This document shows, in pieces, positions 39,995 through 50,563 of a stretch of DNA of 64,000 nt. The translations under genes were made by a program, and so were the position numbers. How positions within the stretch are numbered: the stretch's first letter is position 1; every line of letters begins with the position of its first letter. The notes beneath the pieces are model-generated. The model ran no database searches. It was not told the DNA's origin and saw only the letters and a program-made list of their open reading frames with translations. Origin of the DNA: an uncultured Victivallaceae bacterium (GTDB lineage Bacteria; Verrucomicrobiota; Lentisphaeria; Victivallales; Victivallaceae); contig CAZSSH010000004.1 of the NCBI GenBank assembly GCA_964609825.1, forward strand, positions 267,037-331,036. Reading direction: 5' to 3'.

Positions 39995-40755
39995 TTTTCC
40001 TCCGGGAAAATCATAATGATGGTGATGTTGTCATTGCCGCCGCCGATTAATGACTCGCGCATAAAGTAATTGAGCGCTTCGCGCGGATGCCGCGCCTGCG
40101 CCAGAAACTCGACGGTTTTTTCGGGTTTGAGATAGCGGTAGCAGCCGTCGGTGCATAAAAAGTAAATGCTGTTGGGCTTGTACTTGACGATCTTGATATC
40201 AGGCTCAATATCGAGCCGGGTGCCGATCGCTTTGGCGATCGCGTGCTGCAAGGTCTCCGGGTCCTCAACGGGTTTGCCGAAGTTGCGGCGGTACTCCTTG
40301 ATGGCGGAGTGGTCGACGGTCAGCTGGATGAGCTCTTTTTCTTCGGGGTCAAACTCATACATCCGGCTGTCGCCGATGTTGGCAATGACGATTGAGGCGT
40401 CAAAAAAGACGGCGGCCACCAGTGTGGTGCACATCGGGCGGTTGATGTTTTCGCTCAAATTGCGCCGGAAAATGCGCTTGTTGACCTTGGTGATGCTCTC
40501 TTTTAAAAAGTTGGTGACGTCATTCAGGGAGTGCAGCGGATTTTGCCCGGCGTTGAGAAAGTTGCGGACCAGCTCGCGGGTGGTAATCATGCTGGCCAGG
40601 TCGCCGTCGATGTGCCCGCCGACGCCGTCGGCGACCACGGCAAGCGAACCGCGCTCGCTGTTTGTCTCGACAAACCCGAAGCAGTCCTCGTTATTTTTGC
40701 GGATCAGCCCGGTGTTGCTCTCGCCGGCGATCCTGAGTTTGATAATATTTGCCAT
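39991..40755 (-). CDS. PP2C-family Ser/Thr protein phosphatase.
   Basis: 'VADGVGGH' and 'FLCTDGCYRYL…GGGNDNITIIM', the PP2C metal-binding motifs; 254 aa. Confidence 0.85.
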   Translation of the reverse strand: MANIIKLRIAGESNTGLIRKNNEDCFGFVETNSERGSLAVVADGVGGHIDGDLASMITTRELVRNFLNAGQNPLHSLNDVTNFLKESITKVNKRIFRRNLSENINRPMCTTLVAAVFFDASIVIANIGDSRMYEFDPEEKELIQLTVDHSAIKEYRRNFGKPVEDPETLQHAIAKAIGTRLDIEPDIKIVKYKPNSIYFLCTDGCYRYLKPEKTVEFLAQARHPREALNYFMRESLIGGGNDNITIIMIFPEEK

Positions 40756-40892
40756 GTAATATTGAAAAATCGTTTGAATTTTGTCACATATTATAGTATA
40801 ATAGGTAAAAATAATTATTTCAATCCGTTTTCGGACTTTTTGCGCGAATAAATCAAAATCGCGATTGATAACAGGTTTTTTCGAGTATATTT

Positions 40893-41255
40893 ATGTGGCA
40901 AAATTTCAGTTTGTTTTCGCCCGTCGTCAAGACGGTGCTTTTGTTGACCCTATCCAATGTCTTTATGACCTTTGCCTGGTACGCCCATTTGAAAAATCTC
41001 TCACACCGCGCATGGTACGTGGCGGCGCTGGCCAGCTGGGGGATCGCTCTCTTTGAGTATTTGCTGCAAGTCCCTGCCAACCGCATCGGCCACACTGAGC
41101 TCAATATCGGCCAACTTAAAATTTTGCAGGAGGCGATTGCCTTGTCGGTGTTTGTGCCGTTTTCGCTTTTTTATATGAAAGAACCGGTGTCGTTAAACTA
41201 CCTCTATGCCTCCTTGTGCATTGCCGGGGCGGTTTATTTTATCTTCCGCGGCTGA
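40893..41255 (+). CDS. Small DMT-superfamily membrane protein (DUF486-like).
   Basis: 120 aa with 4 TM helices; it resembles the DMT family. A TTGTCA … TATAGTATAAT promoter lies upstream. Confidence 0.5.
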   Translation: MWQNFSLFSPVVKTVLLLTLSNVFMTFAWYAHLKNLSHRAWYVAALASWGIALFEYLLQVPANRIGHTELNIGQLKILQEAIALSVFVPFSLFYMKEPVSLNYLYASLCIAGAVYFIFRG

Positions 41256-41316
41256 GTTGGATTGATTGCTTCGTCTCAGGAGGGATTTTTTGACGTGTAC
41301 AACTTTAAGGAATAAA

Positions 41317-42801
41317 ATGGATCGCCCAAAAACAGCGGTTATCATCGGCGCCGGTCCGGCCGGTTTGACCGCCGCGTATTATTTGCTCAAGCAGACCGGC
41401 ATCAAACCGGTTGTTTTGGAGAAGCTCAGCGTCATTGGCGGGATTTCGCGCACGGTGGATTACCGCGGCAACCGGATGGATTTGGGCGGTCACCGTTTTT
41501 TTTCGAAAAACCGTGAAATCGTCGATTTCTGGCTCAAGTTAGTGCCGCCGGCGCCGGATTTGAACGACAGCGAAGGACGAATGCTGACCCGCAACCGGGT
41601 TTCCCGGATCTTTTTCAACCGCCGCTTGCTTGATTACCCGCTGACATTAAGCGTTCGGACGTTCGGTGCTTTCGGCCTCGGCAATACAGCCTTGGTCGGA
41701 TGGGATTATCTCAAGTGCCGGGTGTGCCGGAGACCCGAAAAAAGCCTTGAGGATTTTTACATCAACCGCTTCGGCGTCCGGCTTTACCGGATGTTTTTTG
41801 AGAGTTACACCGAGAAGCTCTGGGGCATTCATCCGCGTGACATTGCGCCGGATTGGGGTGCGCAGCGGGTCAAGGGGGTGTCGCTCTCCAGGCTGGGTTG
41901 GCAGATGCTTAAAAAATGTATTTGGCGCGACGCCAAAACCGAAGAAACTTCACTCATTGACTCCTTTTGGTATCCCCGGCTCGGTCCCGGGCAGATGTGG
42001 GATGCCATCGCGGACGAAATTGCCCGGATGGGAGGAGAGATTTGCCTCAATTGCAATGTTTCGGGATTGGACCTTGCCGACGGCGGGATTCGCCGGGTTT
42101 GTTATGATCAAAACGGCGTGGCGCGGATTTTGGATGCGGATTATGTGTTTTCGTCAATGCCGATCAGCGAGCTGATTGCCGCAATGGGAGCGGCGGTGCC
42201 GCCCGCCGTGGCCGGAATCGCCGGCCGGTTACCCTACCGTGACTTTATCACCGTTGGATTGTTGGTGAAAAAACTTAAAATCAGCGGACATGACGGCGGA
42301 CTGATTCCCGATTGTTGGATCTACATCCAGTCGCAGGAGGTGAAACTCGGGCGGCTTCAGATTTTTAACAATTGGTCGCCTTTTCTTGTCCGCGACAGCG
42401 ATACGGTATGGCTCGGCCTTGAGTATTTTTGCACCCGCGGCGACGCGCTTTGGGAGCTGGGAGAGTCGGAGTTGATTGCCATGGCCGCGGGAGAGTTGGT
42501 CAAACTGGGGATCATCAACAGCAATGATGTTCTCGACGGAGTGCGGGTCGCAGTCGAAAAAGCTTATCCCGGATATTTCGGCAGTTATGCCGGATTTGGC
42601 CAGATTCGCCAATTTTTGAGCAGCTGCGACAATCTCTATTGCATCGGCCGCAACGGCCAGCATCGTTATAATAATATGGACCACTCGATGCTGACTGCGA
42701 TCGCGGCGGTCAAGGCGGTGACCGGCGAGGCGCCTGCCGCTGATATCTGGCAGGTCAATGCGGAGCAGGAGTACCATGAAAAATCAGTTTGCCGCTCTTA
42801 A
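41317..42801 (+). CDS. NAD(P)/FAD-dependent oxidoreductase (amine-oxidase / UDP-galactopyranose-mutase-like fold).
   Basis: '[19 protein letters not shown]' dinucleotide-binding motif. The start is placed at [10 protein letters not shown]. Confidence 0.7.
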   Translation: MDRPKTAVIIGAGPAGLTAAYYLLKQTGIKPVVLEKLSVIGGISRTVDYRGNRMDLGGHRFFSKNREIVDFWLKLVPPAPDLNDSEGRMLTRNRVSRIFFNRRLLDYPLTLSVRTFGAFGLGNTALVGWDYLKCRVCRRPEKSLEDFYINRFGVRLYRMFFESYTEKLWGIHPRDIAPDWGAQRVKGVSLSRLGWQMLKKCIWRDAKTEETSLIDSFWYPRLGPGQMWDAIADEIARMGGEICLNCNVSGLDLADGGIRRVCYDQNGVARILDADYVFSSMPISELIAAMGAAVPPAVAGIAGRLPYRDFITVGLLVKKLKISGHDGGLIPDCWIYIQSQEVKLGRLQIFNNWSPFLVRDSDTVWLGLEYFCTRGDALWELGESELIAMAAGELVKLGIINSNDVLDGVRVAVEKAYPGYFGSYAGFGQIRQFLSSCDNLYCIGRNGQHRYNNMDHSMLTAIAAVKAVTGEAPAADIWQVNAEQEYHEKSVCRS

Positions 42802-44251
42802 GCGCATGTTGGCCGCCCCGCTTGCCGCCGGCAAAACCGCCTGGTGCATTTGGGGCGGATACGTTTTGGCGGTACTTGTATTGACGGCGCTGCATGAGCC
42901 TTGGCGCGATGAGCTGCAGTTTTGGCTGATTGCGCGCGACCTTGATTTGACCGGGATCATCCGCCACATGCGCTATGAGGGGCATTTTGTCTGGTGGATC
43001 TGGTTGCTGGTGCCGTTTGCCAAGCTCGGATTGCCGGTCATTTCGATGAATTTGCTGAGTGCGGCACTGCTGATCGGTGCTGGCTGGCTGTGGCTGTTTC
43101 GTTCGCCGTTTCCGCGTTGGTTTCAGGTCTTCTTTTTATTTTCCTACCCGATATTGTATTATTTTTCGGCAGTGGCGCGTTGTTACGCGCTGATTGTGCC
43201 GGTATTGTGGCTGTTGGCGGTGTATTACCCGGAGCGTTGCCGTCGCCCGCTGTTTTATACCTTGCTGATTGTGGCGTTGGTGCATACTCATGCATACATG
43301 GAGGGGTTGGCCGGGATTTTATTTGTTTTCTTTTTTTATGATGCGGTACTGGCGGACTGGCGGGGCAAAACACGGCGTCAAAAATGGTCGGGGACATTGG
43401 TTTTGCTGTTGGCGGTACTGGGAGTGGCGGCGGCACTGTTGCAGGTATTGCCGGCATTTGGCAGTACGCCGGTGGCGGCGGTCAGTGATCCGCGGACATT
43501 GTCTCTCAAGGACAGTTGGAACGATTATATGCTGCAAATGTTTCCGATGCGGGTTATGTCCGGACACTTCCGGCACTTTTGGCTTTCTTTTTATAAAATA
43601 ATCTGGGCCGCCGTTTTGTTTTACATCTTTTTACGTTCGCGGCGATTGGGGGTGATCGCCGCGGTCGGGGTAGGGTGGATATGGTTGTTTCACATGTTTT
43701 TGTATCCGATCGCGCTGCAACGCACCTTTTTGCCGGGGCTGATGATTGTTTTTGTCTGGTGGCTCGGTTGTCTGCTGCCGTCGCCGAAACAAAAGTTCAG
43801 CGGCTGGCTGCTTTTGTCTTTGCTGATTTTGCCTTGGTATTTTCTTCATCAGGTGACATGGCGCGATGTCCGGGGACTGTATTCGCCATTGCGTTTATGT
43901 TCGCAATTCATTGCATCCGCATCCGGGCCCGGAGTATGTTTTGTTGCCAACCCCAAAAGTTACGCGGGGATGCTGTCGGCTTACGCGCCGGCGGCGGCTA
44001 TCTATGATTTTGAGGGCAATAAAATCAGCTACTTTGTCTACGGCAATCGTCCGCCGCTGCAAACGGTCGTACCCGAAGATATTTTCCGGCAGCTGGATTG
44101 CAAGGTGTTTTATTTGATTTTACGTGATTTTGAGACGCCGCCGCCGGGAAACTGGAGCCGCCGGTTGATTTACTCGGCGCCGCGCCGGGCGGTGTGGAGC
44201 GACGAGATTTTCGATGTATATGAAATCCGCCTCGATTCCGATGAACATTAA
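42776..44251 (+). CDS. Polytopic membrane protein, a putative GT-C-fold glycosyltransferase.
   Basis: About 12 predicted TM helices plus a C-terminal soluble domain. It overlaps the upstream oxidoreductase gene by 26 nt, and the start has an AGGAG RBS. Confidence 0.4.
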   Translation: MKNQFAALKRMLAAPLAAGKTAWCIWGGYVLAVLVLTALHEPWRDELQFWLIARDLDLTGIIRHMRYEGHFVWWIWLLVPFAKLGLPVISMNLLSAALLIGAGWLWLFRSPFPRWFQVFFLFSYPILYYFSAVARCYALIVPVLWLLAVYYPERCRRPLFYTLLIVALVHTHAYMEGLAGILFVFFFYDAVLADWRGKTRRQKWSGTLVLLLAVLGVAAALLQVLPAFGSTPVAAVSDPRTLSLKDSWNDYMLQMFPMRVMSGHFRHFWLSFYKIIWAAVLFYIFLRSRRLGVIAAVGVGWIWLFHMFLYPIALQRTFLPGLMIVFVWWLGCLLPSPKQKFSGWLLLSLLILPWYFLHQVTWRDVRGLYSPLRLCSQFIASASGPGVCFVANPKSYAGMLSAYAPAAAIYDFEGNKISYFVYGNRPPLQTVVPEDIFRQLDCKVFYLILRDFETPPPGNWSRRLIYSAPRRAVWSDEIFDVYEIRLDSDEH

Positions 44252-44304
44252 AGTTCATCAATTATAAAATTGTTCAAAAAAGTCAAAAAAATATGAATTT
44301 ACTA

Positions 44305-44333
44305 TTGACTTTTGGTGTTTTTCTGCTATAATT
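44305..44333 (+). promoter_or_regulatory. Consensus sigma70-type promoter TTGACT-N17-TATAAT upstream of the cassette-3 LacI gene.
   Basis: Exact hexamers with 17-nt spacing. Three copies of TGAACA lie between the -10 element and the ATG. Confidence 0.55.
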
Positions 44334-44367
44334 AATGAAAATGAACATGTGAACAATATAGAATTTA

Positions 44368-45471
44368 ATGAACAATATGCCCGAATACACCATCAGAGAT
44401 ATCGCCAAAATGGCCGGAGTTTCCGTGGGGACGGTGAGCAGGATTTTAAATCATGCCGACAACGTCTCGGAGGATATCCGCAGCCGGACTTTGGACATCA
44501 TCGCCAAGGTTAACTATCAGGCCGCCCCCCGCGGCCGCCGCGCCGCCAAGAGCTCCGGCGTCGTCAAAGTCGCCGCCAACCATAAAGTTTTGCGCCGCAA
44601 TATTGCTTTGCTGCTTCCCGGGGTGACCCGCGAGTGGATGCATAACCAGTTGTGGATGGCCTATCTCTCGGGGATCGAGTCGGCGATGCGTTCGCGCAAC
44701 GGCCGCCTGACCATCTTTACCGCCGATTGCAATCCGGATGAGGTCGCCGGCGAAATTATCGGCCGCGCCGACGGGGTACTCTTAAAGGTGCAAAGTCCGG
44801 TGCCGGAATACGTGAGAGAAATCATGACCCATCTCCCGGTGGTCGGCTTCGGGATCGAAAAAATCTCTTCACCGATCCCTCAAGTCGTCATCGACAACAA
44901 TTTTGGCGGCGTCATCGCCACTGAGAAACTTTTGGAGCTCGGACACACCCGGATCGCTTTTGTCAATCATGAAAATCGCAATTATCCGTTTATCGCCCGC
45001 TCCAACGGTTATGTGGAGGTGATGAAAAAGCATGGCCTTTTTGACCCCGCCTATTTGTTTGAGCTGCCCGGAAAAGACCGCAATCTGGCGATTACGCCGG
45101 AGAAAACACCGCCCAATCTTGACTCGATAGTCGAAGCAATGCAGCAGCTCAAAGCGTTTCCGACCGCGGCGGTGGTGGCCAATGACTGGGGTGCTTTTGG
45201 ATTGATGCGCTCCTGCGAAAAGTACGGGATCAAAATTCCGCAAGATTTGAGCATCATCGGGATGGACACCTCAGGCAACCTTTGCGATATTTTACAGCCG
45301 GCGCTGTCATCGGTGGAGATGCCGTTTGCTCAGGCGGCGGAGTTTGCGGCGCATACTTTGATGGATATCCTGGATCATGTCGGCAGTTATAAAGAGAATA
45401 CTGCATCTGTGATGAATATTCCGGGAAAATTGATTTTACGTGATTCGGTCCGCAATTTAATATTAAAATAA
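44368..45471 (+). CDS. LacI-family transcriptional regulator (first gene of cassette 3).
   Basis: HTH 'YTIRDIAKMAGVSVGTVSRILNH'; 367 aa. Confidence 0.85.
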   Translation: MNNMPEYTIRDIAKMAGVSVGTVSRILNHADNVSEDIRSRTLDIIAKVNYQAAPRGRRAAKSSGVVKVAANHKVLRRNIALLLPGVTREWMHNQLWMAYLSGIESAMRSRNGRLTIFTADCNPDEVAGEIIGRADGVLLKVQSPVPEYVREIMTHLPVVGFGIEKISSPIPQVVIDNNFGGVIATEKLLELGHTRIAFVNHENRNYPFIARSNGYVEVMKKHGLFDPAYLFELPGKDRNLAITPEKTPPNLDSIVEAMQQLKAFPTAAVVANDWGAFGLMRSCEKYGIKIPQDLSIIGMDTSGNLCDILQPALSSVEMPFAQAAEFAAHTLMDILDHVGSYKENTASVMNIPGKLILRDSVRNLILK

Positions 45472-45484
45472 ATTAGGTTGAAAA

Positions 45485-46198
45485 ATGAATAAATTATTTA
45501 CATTGATCGAATTGTTGGTCGTTATCGCAATCATTGCTATTTTAGCGTCGATGCTGTTGCCGGCGTTGAACAAAGCGCGTGATCAGGCGCGGCAAACCAG
45601 CTGTCTCAGCAATATGCGTCAGCTTGGTGTCATTTATCAAAACTACGCACAGGATCAAAAAGATTATTTTCCGCCGGCGATTCGTAAAAACGGCGAAGGG
45701 ATTGTCAGTGCGATGTATCGCAACGGTTATATGAAAAAGGGTGATCTCAAATTGGTGCGTTGCACTTCTACGCTCAATAATGTCATTCGCGGCACTCACA
45801 ATATCGACGGGGTCAATTACGGTCATACGCTTCAACCCAATGTTTTTGTACATGCCAAAGAGGATGTGGCGGCAATGGCGAGTTTCAGCGGAGTTTTGGA
45901 TACGCCTTACTATAAAAAGATCACCCGTTTCAAATATCCGAGCAAGACCTTTTCCACCACGGAGTACTTCAATACCGGCTGGACGGCGGGGGTGAACGAA
46001 GTCGTTGGCTGGGAAGTCGCCTTAGAAGCACACGAACCGAGTCCGTTTTTATCCGTTAATGCTCCCGATCAGGCAACTCACAGCAAAATATATAAGACGA
46101 TTCTCTATATTGGCGGCAATGCGGGCAAAATCAAATTGTCGACCAACCGCTCCAGTATCGCCACCAAAGAGTTATGGGGCAGCATGGTCAATATTTAA
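45485..46198 (+). CDS. Prepilin-type N-terminal cleavage/methylation domain protein (pseudopilin-like), paralog A.
   Basis: '[48 protein letters not shown]'. Confidence 0.8.
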   Translation: MNKLFTLIELLVVIAIIAILASMLLPALNKARDQARQTSCLSNMRQLGVIYQNYAQDQKDYFPPAIRKNGEGIVSAMYRNGYMKKGDLKLVRCTSTLNNVIRGTHNIDGVNYGHTLQPNVFVHAKEDVAAMASFSGVLDTPYYKKITRFKYPSKTFSTTEYFNTGWTAGVNEVVGWEVALEAHEPSPFLSVNAPDQATHSKIYKTILYIGGNAGKIKLSTNRSSIATKELWGSMVNI

Positions 46199-46288
46199 CT
46201 GTGATTTGCGGCCCCCAAAAATCATCAATTTATGACACCGATACAAAATAACAACAATTTAGATACAACCCTAAAGTAAGGAAAAAAA

Positions 46289-47020
46289 ATGAGAAAATGT
46301 TTTACCTTGATTGAGCTTTTGGTCGTGATTGCAATCATCGCGATTTTGGCATCGATGTTGCTACCCGCGTTGAACAAGGCACGCGATCGGGCCCGGCAAA
46401 CCGGCTGCCTCAGCAATATGAAACAACTGGGGATGATCTATCAAACTTATGCCAGTGACAATTCTGATTATTTCCCCTCCTGCCGTTATATGGTCGGTAC
46501 ACAGGAAAACGGGATTGTCGGGCTGCTTTACGAGAAAAAATACCTGACCGAGGGCAATTTAAAAATAGCGCGCTGTACTTCGACCGCCAACAGTGTGGTG
46601 CGGACGTCTCCCGACCCCAAAATCAACGGGGTGACTTACGGTCACACCTTGCAGCCTAATATTATTGTCCACGGTCGGATGGACGGCGTGCTTGGAGCAA
46701 CTCAGCTGGCGTTGGTTGACGGACCGGCATACAAACGCATCACCGCTTTTAAAACCCCGAGTAAAACTTTTTCCACTTCCGAGTATTTCAATACCGGTTG
46801 GACGACGGGAGTTAACGAAATCGTCGGTTTCCGGACGTTTATCGAAGCACACGAGCCGAGCCCGTTTCTCTATGCTCAGCGCGTCAACCAGGCGACGCAC
46901 CGCGGCGAATATAAAAATGTGCTTTATGTCGGGGGCAATGCCTCCGGGTTGAAAATGAGCCGCACCCGGCCGCCGGTGGCCAGCAAGGAATTTTGGGGCA
47001 CCGCTCGCGATATGATGTAA
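46289..47020 (+). CDS. Prepilin-type N-terminal cleavage/methylation domain protein, paralog B (tandem duplicate of 45485-46198).
   Basis: '[48 protein letters not shown]'. It is colinear with paralog A along its whole length (…[13 protein letters not shown]…VGGNA…). Confidence 0.8.
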   Translation: MRKCFTLIELLVVIAIIAILASMLLPALNKARDRARQTGCLSNMKQLGMIYQTYASDNSDYFPSCRYMVGTQENGIVGLLYEKKYLTEGNLKIARCTSTANSVVRTSPDPKINGVTYGHTLQPNIIVHGRMDGVLGATQLALVDGPAYKRITAFKTPSKTFSTSEYFNTGWTTGVNEIVGFRTFIEAHEPSPFLYAQRVNQATHRGEYKNVLYVGGNASGLKMSRTRPPVASKEFWGTARDMM

Positions 47021-47064
47021 TTTGTTGCTGTTCGTCTAAATAACCATCAGAAAGAATCCGAATC

Positions 47065-49749
47065 ATGAAATTAGTTGTTTTGTCGTTGGGAGTGCTGCTG
47101 GCATTTTCCGCTGTCGCCGGACAGATTGTGCCGCCGGAGCAAATGACGTTTAAAGCCTCGGACAACGGAAGCGATACCAAGGCCTTTATTCAGGAGATCA
47201 AAAAAGACGATGAGCTGGTGATCAATTTTACCGATCAAAACAAGGCCGACAACTATCTCCACATCGACTGCGGGCCGATTGATCTGTCCGGGTATTTGCC
47301 GGGTGGCTATATTGATTTGGATCTTGAGATTGACAACCCGATTTTGCGGGTCGCGGGCGTGATTACCGACCCCACCCGCTTCTGGCCCGACCGGATCATT
47401 TTTACCGGTGAAGCTAAGATTGTCAAGGGGCGCAAACACTATCGGCTGTATCTCGACTGGGTGCCGGAAGCCCGCGCCAAGGGCGGCAAGGATCACTTGT
47501 ATTTGTTTTTGCACGATATGGGCGGTGAAGCGCGCGGCACGGCCAAGCTCACGATTCACGAGAGCAAGCTTGTCAAAACCGTACCCGATTGGCGCAACGA
47601 AAAAATCGCCTGTTACAAAGAAATGTTTGAGTGGCGCAATATTCCCGAGCTGGGTAAATATTATCTCGGCAAATACGATCTCATCGTCCCCGCCGCCGCA
47701 GTCGAAAACAATCCCTTTGTGAGCAAAATTTCGCTCAACGGCGACTATCAAAAGGCCTTTATTGGCGATATTACGTGGAAATATCTGGAGCTTGCCGACA
47801 AGAGTTTCGCCACTCCCGGCAAAACTTTAGTCAACGCCAAAACGGTGACTGTACCCGAAAAAGCGGTGGAGGATCAGACGGGCGGTTATTATCTTTATAA
47901 AAAAGACTTCCAGTTTACCCCCGCCGGACGCGAAAAGGTTTATCTTAAGATCGGCGATTTGGCCGACACTGCCGAAATCTACATCAACGGCCAGTTTGCC
48001 GGGACCCAGTCGAGCGTGCGCAAACGTCATGAGTGGGTGCTCAAAGACGGTTCTCGTCAGGCCAACACCTGGGGCAAGCCGGCCAAACAAGTGGCGATGT
48101 TTCAACATTTTGAGCGCTGCGGCATCCCATTTCCGTTTGATCCGGCGGCAATGACCGACGACGATGTATTTATGCTGCCCATCTACACCGGTGAGTATCC
48201 GTGGGATTATGTCTTTGATATTACCAACCTGCTCAAAAAAGGCGACAATACCATCGCCTTGCGGCTCTACGGCAACCCGGTCAAAGGGTACTGGATTTAC
48301 AAGCATACCGAGGACCGCACCTATAAAAATATCTACGGGATTTTGGGCGATGTGAGTTTGCTCGTCGAACCCAACCCCGCCTTTGCCAAGGTCAATGATG
48401 TGGTGGCGGGCTCCGTCAATCCGGCTGGTGCGGCCGACCGCGTCTTCAGCGGCGTCGCTGCGGCCGACGTTGCCAAAGTGGTGGTGGCGGGCGACCGGAT
48501 GACGGCGGGCATTGTTCCCGGCAAAGACGGCAAATTTTCGGTCACACTCCCTGTCCCGGCGGATTTCAACAAATATTCGTTTCAGCTCTATGCTTTTGAT
48601 AAGGACGGCAAAATCGTTGACTCGCGCGGCATCGAGTTTAACGGTACGGTGATTGAGCTTCGCAACGACCAGTTGTTTGTCAACGGCGACCGTTTTTTGA
48701 TCCGCGGTGTCAATTGCGACCCGGGGATCGAGTGGGACAATGACCGTACCCAGAGCCGCCGCCAGTGGCTCAAGATGCTGACGCTTTACAAAAATTTGGG
48801 CTTTAACTCGCTGCGCATTGAGGGCGTCCAGCCCAAGCAGCTGGAGGATGCTCTCCAATATGGCATTATGGTAATGCCGGTCTATGCGGCGGGCTCCTGC
48901 AACACCTCCGAGGTGGCGGTGGGCAATCTCGTCAAGCCCGAGCATGAGTTCAACGTTGACGCCCACCGGGAAATGGCGATCATGCTCAATCAGTATCCTA
49001 ATATCTTAATTTGGAATACCGGCAACGAAATCCATCACACCGGCGGCTATGACGATAAAGGGGTCATCGACGATTATCTCGCCAAGGCGCAGCAGGTGGT
49101 CAAAGAGTTTGACCCGGCCAAGCGCCCGGTCGCCTTTGCCAACCTTAATACCTTTGGCACCTACTGGTGCTTTGAGGGCGGACAGGATGTTTTTGGCTAC
49201 AACAGCTATGAGATGAATGACAAATTTCAGTACTCGATGCCCGCCATGTATGCCAAGGTAAAGAAGCCGATCGTCTTTACCGAGTGGGGGTTCTTTGACA
49301 ACGAGCCCAAGGCCTTGGAGTACCGCCGCAAATTTGTGGAGCAATGGGAAAAGGACATGCGCGAAAAACTTGCCATCATGCGCAATAACCCCGGTTGCAT
49401 CGGCGGCTATCTCTATGCCTATCACGGCGAGATGAACGATATCCGCGGCCGCGAATTTTTGCAGGAGATCATGGCTTCTTACAAACTTACCACCGAAAAC
49501 GACACCATCAAGTTTGAAAATCAGGATGTTTGCCCGTTGCGCAACGTGTCAATCATGCTCGTGTCCTCCGACAATGTGATCAGTACCCTGTGGACTGATG
49601 AGCTCAAGGTCGGCCGCTCGGTCCGGCTCGATTATCCGGCGGCGGCGCGGCAAAACAATGCCGAGCTGCGGGTTGAGATCAGCTACGAGACCCACCGCGG
49701 GCTCAAGCATCAATATACGCGGATGGCCAACCGGATCAAGGACAAATAA
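47065..49749 (+). CDS. Secreted clan GH-A glycoside hydrolase (GH2-like TIM barrel) carrying beta-sandwich domains.
   Basis: Signal peptide 'MKLVVLSLGVLLAFSAVAG'. 'LIWNTGNE' is a candidate acid/base motif and 'VFTEWGF' a candidate nucleophile motif. Jelly-roll 'YYLYKKDFQF…IYINGQFAG'. Confidence 0.6.
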   Translation: MKLVVLSLGVLLAFSAVAGQIVPPEQMTFKASDNGSDTKAFIQEIKKDDELVINFTDQNKADNYLHIDCGPIDLSGYLPGGYIDLDLEIDNPILRVAGVITDPTRFWPDRIIFTGEAKIVKGRKHYRLYLDWVPEARAKGGKDHLYLFLHDMGGEARGTAKLTIHESKLVKTVPDWRNEKIACYKEMFEWRNIPELGKYYLGKYDLIVPAAAVENNPFVSKISLNGDYQKAFIGDITWKYLELADKSFATPGKTLVNAKTVTVPEKAVEDQTGGYYLYKKDFQFTPAGREKVYLKIGDLADTAEIYINGQFAGTQSSVRKRHEWVLKDGSRQANTWGKPAKQVAMFQHFERCGIPFPFDPAAMTDDDVFMLPIYTGEYPWDYVFDITNLLKKGDNTIALRLYGNPVKGYWIYKHTEDRTYKNIYGILGDVSLLVEPNPAFAKVNDVVAGSVNPAGAADRVFSGVAAADVAKVVVAGDRMTAGIVPGKDGKFSVTLPVPADFNKYSFQLYAFDKDGKIVDSRGIEFNGTVIELRNDQLFVNGDRFLIRGVNCDPGIEWDNDRTQSRRQWLKMLTLYKNLGFNSLRIEGVQPKQLEDALQYGIMVMPVYAAGSCNTSEVAVGNLVKPEHEFNVDAHREMAIMLNQYPNILIWNTGNEIHHTGGYDDKGVIDDYLAKAQQVVKEFDPAKRPVAFANLNTFGTYWCFEGGQDVFGYNSYEMNDKFQYSMPAMYAKVKKPIVFTEWGFFDNEPKALEYRRKFVEQWEKDMREKLAIMRNNPGCIGGYLYAYHGEMNDIRGREFLQEIMASYKLTTENDTIKFENQDVCPLRNVSIMLVSSDNVISTLWTDELKVGRSVRLDYPAAARQNNAELRVEISYETHRGLKHQYTRMANRIKDK

Positions 49750-49829
49750 CAAAATTTGCAATCTCCGGCGGCCGGGTGTAAATTATGGTCGCCGCGATGA
49801 TTAATTTAAATGTCGAAAGGAAGCAAATA

Positions 49830-50561
49830 ATGAAAATGCAACTTGGTCTCGCTCTCGCCTTATTGGGTTTGGCAAGCTCCGTGACGGCGGCCGAAATATA
49901 TTCGCTCGACCTCTCCGCCGCTGCGCCGGGAAGTGAAATCGTCAAAACCGATGAGACCGGCAAGCAAATCATCGTCCGCAAAAATTGGGGGATGTGGCCG
50001 CGCGACCCCAGCGTGGTCGGCGCCAAAGTGGTCGATCTTGACGGGGTAAAAGCCATTGAGATCGCCAAGGGCATCCAGGTTAATACCAACGAGTGGAGCA
50101 TGGACAGCGTCGATGCCCAGCAAAGCGTCGTTTATGCCCAGTTTCAAGTTTTGGTCAAAGAGGTTCCGCCGGGCGCGGTCGCCGGGATCATCAGTTTGCA
50201 ACAAAAAAACAACCGCACGGCGGCTTTTATCGGCCTCATTGCCAATAAAGAGGGCAAGCTGGCGGTCAGTGCCTCCAACGGCGACGGTAAGGGTAAAGTC
50301 AGTTGGCGCAATGTCGCCGACGTTGAACTTGGCAAATGGATTACCATTGATGTCAAGATGAATTTTGACACCAAAACCTACGATGTCACGGTCAACGGTA
50401 AAACGGCCGAAAACAATGCCTTTCGCCATGCCGCCGACTGGGAAGGAACGATGTGGGCCGTTAACAAAACGAGCCGCGATTACCGTTATGATATCAAAGC
50501 TGACATGACAACCGTTTACTGCTCGCAAGTCAAATTCAGCGCCGACCCGATTGGAAAATAA
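49830..50561 (+). CDS. Secreted protein of unknown function (possibly a concanavalin/LamG-like beta-sandwich).
   Basis: Signal peptide 'MKMQLGLALALLGLASSVTAA' with an AAGGAAG RBS; I recognise no motif. Confidence 0.4.
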   Translation: MKMQLGLALALLGLASSVTAAEIYSLDLSAAAPGSEIVKTDETGKQIIVRKNWGMWPRDPSVVGAKVVDLDGVKAIEIAKGIQVNTNEWSMDSVDAQQSVVYAQFQVLVKEVPPGAVAGIISLQQKNNRTAAFIGLIANKEGKLAVSASNGDGKGKVSWRNVADVELGKWITIDVKMNFDTKTYDVTVNGKTAENNAFRHAADWEGTMWAVNKTSRDYRYDIKADMTTVYCSQVKFSADPIGK

Positions 50562-50563
50562 TC

